From NCBI GenBank assembly GCA_951406725.2, contig OX597819.1, positions 121,644,001-121,708,000 on the forward strand: 64,000 nt of DNA. Direction: 5' to 3'. The notes under the pieces are model-generated. The model saw only the letters and a list, made by a program, of their open reading frames with translations. It had not been told where the DNA came from and searched no databases. This DNA comes from Octopus vulgaris. Its lineage: Eukaryota. Positions 1-13,138 of the stretch are shown here, in pieces. A program made the translations under genes and the position numbers. Positions within the stretch are counted from its first letter, which is position 1; the number at the start of each line of letters is the position of its first letter.

Positions 1-359
1 CACTGAACTCTTGCCCACATTTGCTTACTCCTTTTTGACCCCGCTTCCTTCCGTACTCTTCCCTCCACCCCACCCCACAGCACCTCTTGCCATGACCACC
101 ACTTCTACAGCCTTCGCTTCTCTCTCTCTCTCTTTCTCTTTCTTTCTCTCTCTCAATCTCGCTTTCTTTCTCTCTCTCTTTCTCTCTCTCTCCCTCTCCC
201 TCTCTCCCTCTCTCTCTCCCTCTCTCCCTCTCTCTCTCCCTCTCTCTCACTCTCTCTCTCTTTCCATGCTTCTATCCATCCATCCTGCAATTTGAATTAT
301 TATTATTGAAAATCTTATTTTCTTGTAGACATATCTTTATTTGTTATAGCATGAGAGAA

Positions 360-393
<34 letters not shown>

Positions 394-854
394 GCAGAGA
401 TAGAGACAGAGAGACAGAGAGAAAGAGATAAAGAGAGAAAGAGAGGGTGATAAAGAGAGAGAGAGATACTATTTACTATGGTGTGGTTATGCTAAATCCA
501 TAAATTTTAGCCAATTCTCCTGTCTTTTAAGTTTCACCATTTCCCCCCCTCCCATCGTTAAGGATACCAGCTTTGTTGCTGTTGTTGCTGTTGTTGTTGT
601 TAGTCTTGGGGGAGGTGGCGAAGGGGGATTGCTGGTTATTTACGACGTGATGAGTTGCTGGAGGAGGTAAATGTAGATTTAAATGCGCAGTGTAGAATTC
701 TGGAAATCTAGGAAAATATGCTTTTGCATGTGTGTGTATGTGTGTGTGTGTGTGTGTTTTCATGGAAAGAGTGGGAGAGAGAGAGAGAGAAGTGAGAATG
801 GAAAATAAGGTTTGATAAATTGCCATTTCATTTGGATTAAGTAATAGTTATGAC

Positions 855-934
855 AATCATCATCATCATCATCATCATCGTCATTTAATGATAACTGTAA
901 CAATGATGATGATGATGATTATGAAGATAACAGT

Positions 935-984
<50 letters not shown>

Positions 985-1019
985 TAATAATAATAGTAAT
1001 AATAATAATGATAATAATA

Positions 1020-1105
<86 letters not shown>

Positions 1106-1122
1106 AATGATAATAATAATAG

Positions 1123-1203
<81 letters not shown>

Positions 1204-1411
1204 TGATAATAATAATAATAATCATAGTAATAATAATGATAATTTAAATAAAGGTAGCTGTTAATTATCACCAATGCTGTTGCCATCATTGTCGCTGTCA
1301 TCATCATCATCATCATCATCATCATAGCATCTTCATCATAGCATCTTCATCATTTCTACAAGCATATTTCCCTCATGGAAATCTTCACTGTCTCAAAGAG
1401 ACAACAACAAC

Positions 1412-1479
<68 letters not shown>

Positions 1480-1527
1480 TTATTGTAATAAATAATACTT
1501 GATGATATCACCACCACCACCACCACC

Positions 1528-1558
<31 letters not shown>

Positions 1559-1575
1559 TTAAGAATAATGATAAT
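855..1575. repeat. Compound (AAT)n/(CAT)n/(CAC)n microsatellite block
   Basis: Directly visible. Similar blocks at 11075-11270, 22148-22760 and 35650-35945. Confidence 0.95.
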
Positions 1576-2050
1576 AACAAGTTTTATTAAAAGTTATATA
1601 TGCATGTTTTATTTAAGGGCAGGTGTAAGCACACACACACATGCATGCATATATACATACATATATATATGTGTATATATAAATATATATATATATATAT
1701 ATACGTGCACTAGTGGCTGTGTGGTAAGTAGCTTGCTTACTGACCATATGGTCCTGGGTTCAGTCCCACTGCATGGCACCTTAGGCAAGTATCTTCTACT
1801 GTAGTCTTGGGCCAACCGAAGCCTTGTAAATGGATTTGGTAGACAGAAACTGAAAGAAGCCCATCATATAGTTTGAAACAAGAAGTAGATAGACAGCCAG
1901 CAACTAATGAAGGGTCCTTTCCCTGTGTTAACATGTCCTGTGTTTTATATTTTTCTCGTTGTTTACGTATTTCATATTATTTGCACCATTGGTGACGTCC
2001 AGTACCCATATATGCATGTGTGTATATATATATATATGTTATTTATCATT

Positions 2051-2098
<48 letters not shown>

Positions 2099-2149
2099 TA
2101 TATATATATATATACATGTATATATTATATTTATATTTATATAATATTC

Positions 2150-2512
2150 TTTTATTCTGGAGTACCACCTTTAGTTGAGCAAATCCACCCCAGGACTTAT
2201 TCTTTGCAAGCCTAGTACTTATTTAATCGCTGTCTTTTGCTGAACCACTAAGTTACGGGGTCATAAACACACCAACATTAGTTGTTGAGCGATGGTTGGG
2301 GGGACAAACATTGACACACAAACACATACACACACACCCACACACACACATATATATGATGGGCTTGTTTCAGTTTCCGTCTACCAAATCCACTCACAAA
2401 GTTTTGGGTGGCCTGAGGCAATAGTACAAGACACTGGCCCAAGGTGCCACGCAGTGGGACTGAACCCATTACCATGTGGTTGGGAAGGAAGCTTCTTACC
2501 ATATGACCACGC
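2150..2512 (-). mobile_element. SINE family A (tRNA head, CORE-like ACCTTGGGCAAGT, internal TA/TG tract)
   Basis: Reverse complement of the 59469-59852 copy. A half copy lies on the plus strand at 1711-1870. Confidence 0.85.
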
Positions 2513-2525
2513 TTTAAAAATGTTT

Positions 2526-2556
<31 letters not shown>

Positions 2557-3620
2557 GTAATAGTGTATGATTCTAGTGTTGGTCTCTTATAAATCACACA
2601 TATAGTTGCTTAGACACACATACACATACACACACACTGCTATAGGCACAGTCACACAAAACTCCACAATTATATGGGGAAATTGTATGTGTGTGTGTGT
2701 GTGTATGTATATATGTATATAAGTATGTGTGTATATATATGTATATATATGTATGTATATATCTATATCTATCTCTCTCTCTGTATCTATCTATCTATCT
2801 ATATATATATATATTCATACACACACACATATATATAAGTGTGTGCGTGTGTGTTTGTATGTATGTACCATGATATGTGTGTGCGTCTCTTTCTCTTTCT
2901 GTATCTACTGATCACTGTATTTATCTACATGTGGTGGGGGACAAACCTAGACAAACAAACACACACACACACACACCACATCCATACAACCATACTCTTC
3001 ACCATCATATTAGCTCATTTACTCTCTCTCTCTCTACAATTCCAGAAACTTCTTTCCCCGAATACTCCCTCCATCAAGTCCCTTTGCTTACTTAAAATAT
3101 ATTTATTTATCTACTGAAAACTACTGTCATTTTCACACAAGACATAAACATCTCACACTATTTTCTATTTATCAACAATAAAGAGAATATCAATTATCAT
3201 CTGGTTGTTTTATGGCCAAAACCTATTGTAATCTCAGCCAGCACTGAGCGAGTCTATTGCAGGCTGTAGTTATCAGGTAGTCTTGGGAAATTTGATAATT
3301 ATGCTTATGTTTTATGGTTGCGAAACCTGCAAACACTGTATCACGAATGCTATCATCTTTTGGGAGTCTGTTTTGTCAGCTCTCATCATCTTAAACGATG
3401 ATAGATGAGGATTTCGATTTTCTTTCGGTCTTTTTGTTTTGTTTTAGGTAATTTTTTTAAATGCTTTTTGTAGGTTTTTGCTGCTTCTTTTTTTTTTCAC
3501 TCCTTTTTCTCCAATTCTGTCTTGTCCTTCTTTTTCCCTGCAAAGCATTCTTTCTTTTCCACCTTTATTTCTAAGTGTATACATAAATCAAATATATACA
3601 TATATAAATATATAAGTGTG

Positions 3621-3747
<127 letters not shown>

Positions 3748-4043
3748 GTATATATATATATAATAATGTATATGTATAGATGTGTATATATACACATATA
3801 TAATATATATGTATGTATATATATTATATGTATTATATGTATTATATGTATTTTATATATATATAGATATGTATATATATATATATATGTATGTATATAT
3901 ATATATATGTATGTATTATATGTATTTATATATATATAGATATGTATATATACATATATATTATATATAAATATATATATAATACTTATATTATATATAT
4001 GTATATATAAAACATACATGTATATGTATATCTATCTAGCTTC

Positions 4044-4116
<73 letters not shown>

Positions 4117-4639
4117 CATGCTTTTATATGTGTGCAAATATTTTTATTGATGCAAACATACATTATATGAGTGTGTGTCTGTGTCTTTGTCTGTGTGAGC
4201 ATATATGATTGTTAAACAATAAAAGACAGCACTTTTTAATATTTGATGTGCAGATGATATTTAATAGGGATTACTTCGTGATTCACCACATTATTGCTCT
4301 GAGATTTATGGACCCAACATTTATATATATATTAAATACATGTTATCTGTAAAATAATATTACATTTTTAAGTTGCCTCTGTAACACAATAGGTAAGCCA
4401 GTTCTGATTGGTCAAGGATGGTCACATGCTTAAATACAGTACTGTTGTGTGTGTTGATATTTTGGGCAAAGAACACCTTGTTTTCAGCCAAAATGGTAAC
4501 TCACCCAATAGTTAAGAATATAAGAGCAATGAAATAATAAGGAAAATCCCCCTTTTCACTGTAGTCTCTTCAATGGTGTCTGTAAAAATGTATATATACA
4601 TACATACACAAATAAATGTGTTTGTGTGTGTCATCATCG

Positions 4640-4670
<31 letters not shown>

Positions 4671-5164
4671 TTACTATCTGTTTTGTGGTTGTATGTGTGT
4701 CAGCGGGTATGTTGGTATATATGTACATATTATCATATATACATGTATATAATAATATAAATGTAAATATATTCATATATGCATATATATGTTCATATAT
4801 ACATATAATGTATGTATATACATACATATGCATGTATATATATATATATATGTCATCAGTATCAGTATTATCATCATCATTCAACTATTGTTTTCCATTC
4901 CGGCATATTATGTAAATGTGTTTATAGATATATATGCAGACAAGCAGATACACCCACACAAACACGCACACACACACAAACACACACAGTTGCACACACA
5001 CAAACACACACACAGCACACATACACACACATACACACACACACATACACACATAAACACGCACACACAAACACGCACACATACACAAGCACATACACAC
5101 ACAAGCATACACACACACAAATACACACACACACATACACACACACACAAGTGTTTTATATATA

Positions 5165-5202
<38 letters not shown>

Positions 5203-5859
5203 CATAGATATGTATGTATGTATTTGTGTTTGTATGTGATGAAGTATGTACATATGTCTACCCATAAATAAGGTGCTGATGTAGAATGGTTATGATGACA
5301 GCAAGGAGGTTTATAATCCAGTTTTAGAAATAAAAACAATCCAAAACAATATAAATATGGAGGAAATGTGTGATATTGGTCTCTTAAATATTGGCAACCA
5401 GCAGGAATAACTATGAGCAGTAGTAGGAAGAGGAGGGGAAGTTGACAAGCATAAGGAAGATATGAAGTTACTCTATCAAACATAGATTTAACACATCATA
5501 CTGGGCTGGTTGGAGGTGGTGGTGGTGACTGGTGGCAGCGATGGTGGTGGTGGTGGTGGTCATTGCCCTCATGTGAGGGTGAAATGGGGCTAAATGTGTA
5601 CTGTGTCTGTGTCTCTGTGTTATGTAAGAAAAGGGGGAGGGAGTTCCATTCATTTTTTTTTTTTACTACTTTCATCCTTCTCTTCTTACTGTTTCCTGTC
5701 CACTGGCTCTTTTATTTTTCTGTCCTTGGCGATGGTGATGATGATGGTGGTGGTGGTGGTAGTGGTGGTGGCTGTAGGTTCCGCAGTCATGGTGGTGGTG
5801 GTTATGGTCTTGATAGTTTGCTGGTTGAATAACTGCATAAATAATCTTGTCTACTCCAA

Positions 5860-6228
5860 ATGTTGGAGGGAGGGGGGCCAATCGATTAGATCGACCCCCA
5901 GTACGCAACTGGTGCTTAATTTATCGACCCTAAAACCATCAGCAGAATTTGAACTGAGAACGTAAAGACAGACAAAATACCGCTAAGCATTTCTCCCAGC
6001 GTCCCAACGATTCTTTTCTACTCTAGGCACAAGGCCCGAAATTGTTGGGGAGGGGGCCAGTCAATTAGATCGACCCCAGTACACAACTGGTACTTAATTT
6101 ATTGACCTCAAAACCATCAAAGGCAAAGTCGACCTCAGCAGAATTTGAACTGAAAACGTAAAGACAGACGAAATACCGCTAGGCATTTTGCCCAGTGTGC
6201 TAATGAATCCGCCAGCTCACTGCCTTAA
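5860..6228 (-). mobile_element. SINE family B (tRNA-like head, Meta-domain-like GCCTTTCATCCTTTCGGGGTCGATAAA), dimeric
   Basis: Reverse complement of the 61267-61663 family, with the body present twice. Confidence 0.8.
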
Positions 6229-6897
6229 ACTGTATAAATAATGGAGACGAAATGTGAAAGTCAAAAAACAAAAAAACAAAAGAAATTTCTGGTTAGAAGT
6301 GTGTGTGGATGTAGCATTTGTACATATGTGTGTGTGTGTGTGTGTGCATGTTCATTCAATGTAATTTAAACCTTAAACAAATAACCCTTAATGTATTTTT
6401 GTTATTGCTCTCATTTTAAATTTATACATATACTGTTATTCTCCTTGTCCTGTCTTTTACTGTTTATATTTTGTACTGTCGTTACTGTCCTGTTTTTGTT
6501 ACCATTTTTATCCCTCCGCAAAAAGATCTCAAATTTTATTTAATTTGCTTTTCGCATCTCGCCTTCACCTTCGAAACACGGAGTAGATGAAACCATGGTG
6601 ACTGAAGAAGGGGAATTTTCCTGGTGTTGTATGTCTTGTACTCTATTTTTTCGTTGTTTAAGAAAAATGTCCATTTCCTTGGTTTTGTGTTTATGTTTTC
6701 GTTTCTCATTGTGTTCGACGTTTTTTTGGTGTTCTGTACCCATATATGCATGTATATATACATATAGAGGTAGGTACGTACATATATGTATGTATATGCA
6801 TATGTTTTATTTATTAATTTGTTATATAGATATATATATATATATATAGGTATATACACACATACATATTTTTTAATTATTTCTTTTATGTTTTCAG

Positions 6898-7487
6898 GAC
6901 TACCCGGGGATGAAAACATCGACAAGGAATTGGAAGATGAACTCGATAGGAAAAACCTCGAAGATATTAAAGAAGAAGTGCTTCCGACACCTGCTCAAAT
7001 TTCTAACCATGAAGACATGGAAAGCAACTTCCGAGAGGAAGAAGTATCCTGTGCATCCTCACCTCAACAAAATTCATTTTCGCCGACGTTTAAAGAACCG
7101 TTGTGCGAAAATGTCCAAATAAAGACTGAACAAACTTGTAACAATTCTTGCTATGGACTATCTTCCAAAGAGGAACCTTCTGCCTTGTCCTCACCCCCAC
7201 CCCCATCGTCGTCATCGCTGACAGCTTTATCATCGACGTCAGCGGTTTCAACTTCATCGACATCGTCATCATCATCACCACCATCCTCATCGTCATCCTC
7301 ATCATCAGTACTATTGTCATCATCGGTGTCTGTCACTTCTCCAAAGTGTGAAATTCTTCGACTTGTTAAAGGTGCAGGAGATGATTTACAAGTATGTTGC
7401 ACCATTCCATTACCTAAGAACAGTTGTTTGGGACCATTCTGTGGAGACATAGCTAGCAATGAAGAATCTTGTGATACATTGCTTGAG
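6898..7487 (+). CDS. ush: FOG/U-shaped (ZFPM-like) internal coding exon: acidic and Ser-rich region plus N-terminal part of PR/SET-like domain
   Basis: Acceptor ttttcag|GA at 6897/6898 (phase 1) and donor GAG|gtaagc at 7487/7488 (phase 0). Encodes ...LQVCCTIPLPKNSCLGPFCG..., resembling the PR-domain GPFxG motif. Needs an upstream phase-1 exon that I did not find in the window. Confidence 0.88.
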
Positions 7488-7885
7488 GTAAGCGCTTTAA
7501 TTCTTTTTATTTTTTGTCCTATTTTGTCTTCATCAATATCATCATTTTAACGTCTCTTTTTCCATGCCTGCATAAGTTAGATGGATTCATATGGAAACAT
7601 GGAAAAGTAGATGTTAAAACGATGCCTGCACTTTCGTTTTCTATTTCCTTATTTCAAAGTGTTAGCTGATATTCTTTGGCTGGATGCTCTTCCTGCAACC
7701 AACCCTTACCTGTTTCCAAACAAGGTGATATGCTTCCCATGGATGGATATGTTCTTGTGAAAGATTGAAATGAAGGACACCACTAGCATGATGGAAATTC
7801 TGATTTATGACTGTCAACACATAAATACACACTCACTCATATATCCATTGCATGCACACACATACACACACACACACACACGCTC

Positions 7886-7919
<34 letters not shown>

Positions 7920-8249
7920 ATATAGATCTCACAAATCTCTTTTCGGTTTCTGCTTTCTAAATCTACTCCCAGGGCAAGCTTTGAGTGGTCTGGAGCTATA
8001 GCAGAAGACACTTGCTCAGGATGTCTCACAAAGGAATTGAACACAAAATCCTGTGGTTGTGCAGGAGATGATTTACATAGTATGTTGCACCATGTCTACA
8101 CTCTCTGAAATGAAAAAGGATCATGTCAGTATTTTGAGGATATAGCTTTGGTCATGCTGACCTGTGGAGACCTCACTTGGCACAAGTATAGATTTAGCAA
8201 AGTTCTATGATATAAACTTCCTGTTTAAAAATTTTTAAAAAATTTTTAT

Positions 8250-8660
8250 TATCATCATCATCATCACCATTTAACATCCGCTTTCCATGCTAGCATGGGT
8301 TGGACATGTGACTGAGGGCTGGTGAACCAGATGACTGCACCAGGCTTCAAATCTTGATCTGGCAGAGTTTCTACAGCTGGATGCCCTTCCTAATGCCAAC
8401 CACTCCAAGAGTGTAGTGGGTGCTTTTACGTGCCACCGGCATGGGGCTAGTCGGGCAGCACTGGCAATGACCTCGCTTGAATCTTTTACACATGCCACCG
8501 GCGTGGGTACCAGTAAGGCGATGCTGGTAACGATCACGCTTGAATGGTGTTTTTTAATGTGCGACCAGCACAGAGGCCAGATAGCACACTCACTCATATA
8601 TCACGCATGGTGCATGCACACACATACACCTACTAGCACGGGGCTCGAGTGCCAGTTTTT
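8250..8660 (-). mobile_element. SINE-like family C ((GAT)n tail, GGAAGGGCATCCAGCTGTAG motif, internal subrepeats)
   Basis: Same sequence at 15832-16170, 18053-18455, 24370-24720, 26682-26860, 40850-41070, 43260-43415, 52068-52330 and 57950-58225 (all minus), and at 48040-48155 and 52720-52945 (plus). Confidence 0.85.
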
Positions 8661-9212
8661 CTATCTATGAAATTTTAGCTTAATAATGACAAAGTTATTT
8701 TACTAAATTCTTCGTTATTTTACAAATAAATTGAATCAATGACAGCATATTTCAACAGATATATGGTAACAAAACAGTTAATGTGCATAGGAACTTGTCT
8801 GGTTCAGCACAGACTCCAGGCGGAGAGCAACAGAGGTGATATTTCAAACAGGGTGGCCAATGACACCCAAACGAAATCATTGTAGAGGAAGCTAGCCTTG
8901 AAAAGTCAGGGAAGTATGATAAATGCATATATGCATATGTTGCCTGCAGAGGCTATAGACAAATTCTATAAGTACCTTGTTTGCCAAAAACTTTGTAGTA
9001 ATGGTCCAGATTGAACAAGATGTATGGGATTCCATTGTTGGAGCAATTCAGACTGGGTACTTTATTGGACAGTTTTTAGAGTCTGTAGGATGGACTTGGT
9101 TCTTAGCTGAGTTCATCTTAAAGTTTGCCCTGCTGCTTTCATTTGACTAGAAATGGCAGCTTTGTTCTGGCGTCCAGTGACTATTGTGAAAGAGATTGAA
9201 ACATTTGTTTAC

Positions 9213-9352
9213 TACAGTTCTGTATTTAAGAGATGAGGAATTATGTACATTATTTACATTATTTACATTTGACGAGTATATGGCATAGTGGTTAAGAGCG
9301 AGAGCTACTAACCCCAAGATTCTGAGTTTGATTCCAGGCAGTGATCTGAATC

Positions 9353-9384
<32 letters not shown>

Positions 9385-9535
9385 GATAATAATAACAACA
9401 ACATCGAAAAACATCCAGGTTCAAAATTTCCCCAAGACACCTGATGAAGGCTGGAGGGTATATCAGCCAAAACATTGTGTTAACAACAAGCAAGATGAGG
9501 ACAAATATCTGTCAAATGTAAACGATGTAAATTTA
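9213..9535 (+). mobile_element. tRNA-headed non-autonomous retroelement with hammerhead motif and inverted terminal copy
   Basis: A box TGGCATAGTGG at 9281, B-box-like GTTTGATTCC at 9326, (AAT)n, hammerhead-like 9436-9481. 9213-9280 is the reverse complement of the family 3' end as seen at 60355-60413. Confidence 0.65.
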
Positions 9536-9659
9536 CTTTCTAATGAATGAAACCCAGGTAGCACATAAAGGTAAATTATCGTTCCATAATTATCACATAC
9601 AAATTTAATTAGCAGGAATGTTTTCTTGAGGTATAGTAACAACATGTGTCCTCAAATTT

Positions 9660-9940
9660 CAAGAATATTTTTGGTCATTTTTGTTTTTTTTTGCAAGAAT
9701 ATAGGATGGCACTTTTCTGCAGGTCAACAATGCAAGTCTTGTTTCCAATATTTTTTCATTCTTTTAGGCAGCCTTTTGGTTGTTGTGCCAAATGTGGCAA
9801 CTGCCACAGGAAGAATTGTTGTCTTAGTCTGCCACAGTCTTTTCAGCTCTGTGGTTAGATCCTAATATTCTTCAATTTTTTCCAATTTCTTTGGTATTAA
9901 CCCTGTCATCATAGAGAATTGCAAAGTCTATGATTTTACA
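9660..9940 (-). mobile_element. Old RLE-type (R4-like) retrotransposon 3' fragment
   Basis: Minus strand gives CKIIDFAILYDDRVNTKE / EY*DLTTELKRLWQTKTTILPVAVATFG, homologous to the C-terminus encoded at 36650-36930. Confidence 0.65.
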
Positions 9941-10129
9941 CTATTTATTTATATTGTCCTTTAGATAGTATGAGCAATGGATGGTGCTGAGTTGTCAAAC
10001 ATTTAAACCAAATTTTCTCAAAAACAACTTGTCTGACCGTCCCATAGGCCTCTCCTTTGAGAAACACTGATTTAACCTAAATTTGAGACACCAGCAAAAG
10101 AAGAAATAAAGATAGACATTTTTTCTATT

Positions 10130-10339
10130 CCAAGAAAGACGATTTTACAAATGCACGTTCCCACGGCTTTATCAATCGCATTCTCACCTGGAATCGATTT
10201 TTGTAATTTCTTCAAAACTTATAGATGCCGTGATACCGTCGGTATTTAGATATCAAATTTAAGTGCAATCGGATGGAGGATGCCCGAGATCCTAGAAGAC
10301 ACACACACAGACAGACAGAACGGATTTTATATAATAGAT
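10130..10339 (-). mobile_element. Non-autonomous Helitron-like fragment
   Basis: Minus strand begins A|TCTATTATATAAAA followed by a (CTGT)n microsatellite, as is typical of such elements. Confidence 0.45.
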
Positions 10340-10435
10340 GATTAGTCATTAGGGAGTAGTCCCATAAAATCTTATAATTAACTTCTGAGCCCAACTAATG
10401 CTAGAGGACAAGCTGTCGTTGTTGCTGTTCTTTTT

Positions 10436-10802
10436 ATTTCTTCCGCCTTAGCAAAGGCAGAGGTATTGTTTCAGTCATATTTGTTTGTTTGTCCGTAGAC
10501 AAGATATCTCAAGAACCACTGGTTGGATTCATATGAAACTTTCAGGGAAGTTTGGCCTCATAACTGGTATGAACTGATTAGATTTTGGGATCGATCTGGT
10601 ACCGGACAAGGATTCTGGATTATTTTTCCATTTTTTAAAATTTAATTTTCGAGAGCATTCGGGTTCATTTTTAGTATTCCCGTTTGTGAGAGCACTCGAG
10701 TTTATTTCAGATATTCCCATTTTAAAACTCATCTCTGGCTAATCAATGAGAGGATGTTGGTGTTCCCTTGGCGGAAGTTTGCACCCTCTGAGTGCTCTTG
10801 TT
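10436..10802 (+). mobile_element. Helentron/DINE-1-like non-autonomous element
   Basis: Subterminal inverted repeats TTCCGCC / GGCGGAA, a (GTTT)n tract, a 3' hairpin GCAC..GTGC then CTTGTT, and T-rich flanks. Confidence 0.55.
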
Positions 10803-11074
10803 ATTATTAACTTATTGTTATTGTTGTTGTTATTATTAATGTGCTCGTGATTCTATGAAGTGTGTTGGCAAAATTATTAGCATGTCAAGCAAAACACTTA
10901 GTGGCAATTCTTCTGGTTTATTATGTCCCGAATTAAAATTCTGACCAGGTCCTCTTTGCTTTTTGTTGTTTTTCTTTGGTTGGGGTGGGTGGTGGTTACC
11001 AAACAAAGTTCCCATCAAGTATCACCTAACCTGCTCTCCCACAAAGGTGCTGGCTCTGCACCAAAATTTGAAGC

Positions 11075-11111
<37 letters not shown>

Positions 11112-11120
11112 ATTATTATA

Positions 11121-11218
<98 letters not shown>

Positions 11219-11539
11219 CATTATTATTGTTATTGTTATTATGATAATTATTATTGTTATTATTTTGAGTAAACATAAGTTGCTCTTTTGGCATATTATA
11301 ATTTAAAATTCATTAAGACTCTCAGATATAATTATCTCTGTATATTCAGCTCTGCGTGTATATATCTGTACACAAGAGAGAAAGAGATGCCTCTGTGTGT
11401 GTGTGTGTGTGTGCATGTATGTACATGTATATATATGTATGTGTGTGTGTGTGTATATATATATATATAGATATATATATAGAGAGAGAAAGAGCAAAAA
11501 GAGAGAAAGAGAGAGAGAGAGAGAGGGAGAGATAGATAG

Positions 11540-11599
<60 letters not shown>

Positions 11600-13138
11600 G
11601 AGATTTTAACTAGTTTGTTTGAATTAATTACCAAGTCTTGTGCGTTAATAAATGGAACTAAATTAGGTTCAACATATAGTCTCTGAAAGAAAATAATGAG
11701 CTAGAGATTATTCTTGCAAACAAAAAGAAAAAAAAAGGACAAAAACATAACAACAAAAGCAAAATGAGAAGAAAAAGAAAATAAGAAACAAAAAATGAAA
11801 AGGGGAACAAACAAAACAATAAAAAAGATATCATAAAAAATGATAAATGTATAAATTCACTACAAGTACACACACACACATACACACACATATACGCACA
11901 TTCGTGTATGCTCAGTTGCCCACACAAATATATATTCACACAGATATACACACATAAGCACGCGTGCAAGCAGAAAATTCCGGCAACTAAATGAAAGACT
12001 ATTGTGTAATCATCATTTTTAAGATTTCCTTCGTACTAGATAAGATAAATACACAGGGTTATTTGTATAGCTTCCATCAGCTTTTGTGAAATCTTTTCTT
12101 TTTTTTCCACACGATGGTGCTTGTCGTCTTCTTCTTCATCTCCTGCTTGCTTCTTCACAGTGTTGGTGTTGGTGTTTTGTTGCTGTTGTGATGGTGGTTG
12201 TGGCTTTGTTTTTATATTTTGATAATGAAATAGAAATAAGCTCCAGATAAAATAAACTAATTCAATAACCAGCTCGGTATATCTATCTGATCTTGGAGGC
12301 TCTGGATGACTGGTTAGGTTGTGGAATTTATTATTTTTTTTATTTGGAGTTTGTTCGTGTATATATATGTATGTATGTGTGTATGAACATACATATATAT
12401 ATGTATGTATGTATGTATGAATGAATATATGTGTATATGTATGTATGTACATTTGTGTATATGTAGGCATATAAAATGACAAAGGCAGATATATACAACC
12501 ACATATAAACACAGACATACACATCGTGTCTAAATATGATTTAGTTTTGTGATGAAGTCAGATTTTTTAAATTTCTCAGCCTATTGTATTGGAGATATAC
12601 ATTATATTTCATTCCCTTTCTTTTTCATATATATTATATTTTAAATCTTTCCATTATGATACAGCATAGTAAGACATCTTCCTTTAGGAAGGTAGGGCTA
12701 GAAATGAAATTATAGCACAATAGTCAATAGTCAATATTCAATAGGTCGACATGATTGACACAGCTCAACCCCCATCATCTTGATCTTCTTTGCATTATAA
12801 ATACCCACACAACAAACCAGTTAATCCTCTATTTAATACTGCATATGTACAGTGTGTTACATAATTATTTTCACCGACTGATTGTCTAACTGAAAAAACG
12901 ATGGAGCAAAAGCATGGCTGAATGGATAAGATATTAAACTACAACTCGTGTATCGCAAGTTCAAATCCATTGCAAGTGTTTCATTGTGTGTCATCATCAT
13001 CATCATCATCATCATCATTATCGTTTTCATTTAACACCCGTCCTCTATATTAGCATGGATTGGCTGGTTTGATAGGGCCTGACATGTCCAACGACTGCGT
13101 CAGGCTCCATCATCCACTTTGGCATAATCCCTATAGAT

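Noticed and set aside
881-1580. Many ORFs of poly-I, poly-Y, YI, CV or HT repeats here and throughout the window
   Set aside because: They are translations of (AAT)n, (TA)n and (CA)n microsatellites, with no domain content or splice support.
1609-1934. Recurrent short ORFs such as MPKVPCSGTEP.. and ..EDTCPRCHAVGLNP
   Set aside because: Antisense translations of SINE family A, not a protein family.
6565-6625. Permuted (type II-like) hammerhead GAAAC..GTA..CTGAAGA
   Set aside because: No convincing stem I and only a weak stem II. At most a decayed PLE-related repeat (relative at 1870-2015).
6786-6897. ORF-track N-terminus MYVYAYV... as the gene start
   Set aside because: It is microsatellite and polypyrimidine tract ahead of a clear acceptor at 6897. 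The expected MSRRKQ-type FOG N-terminus was not found in the window.
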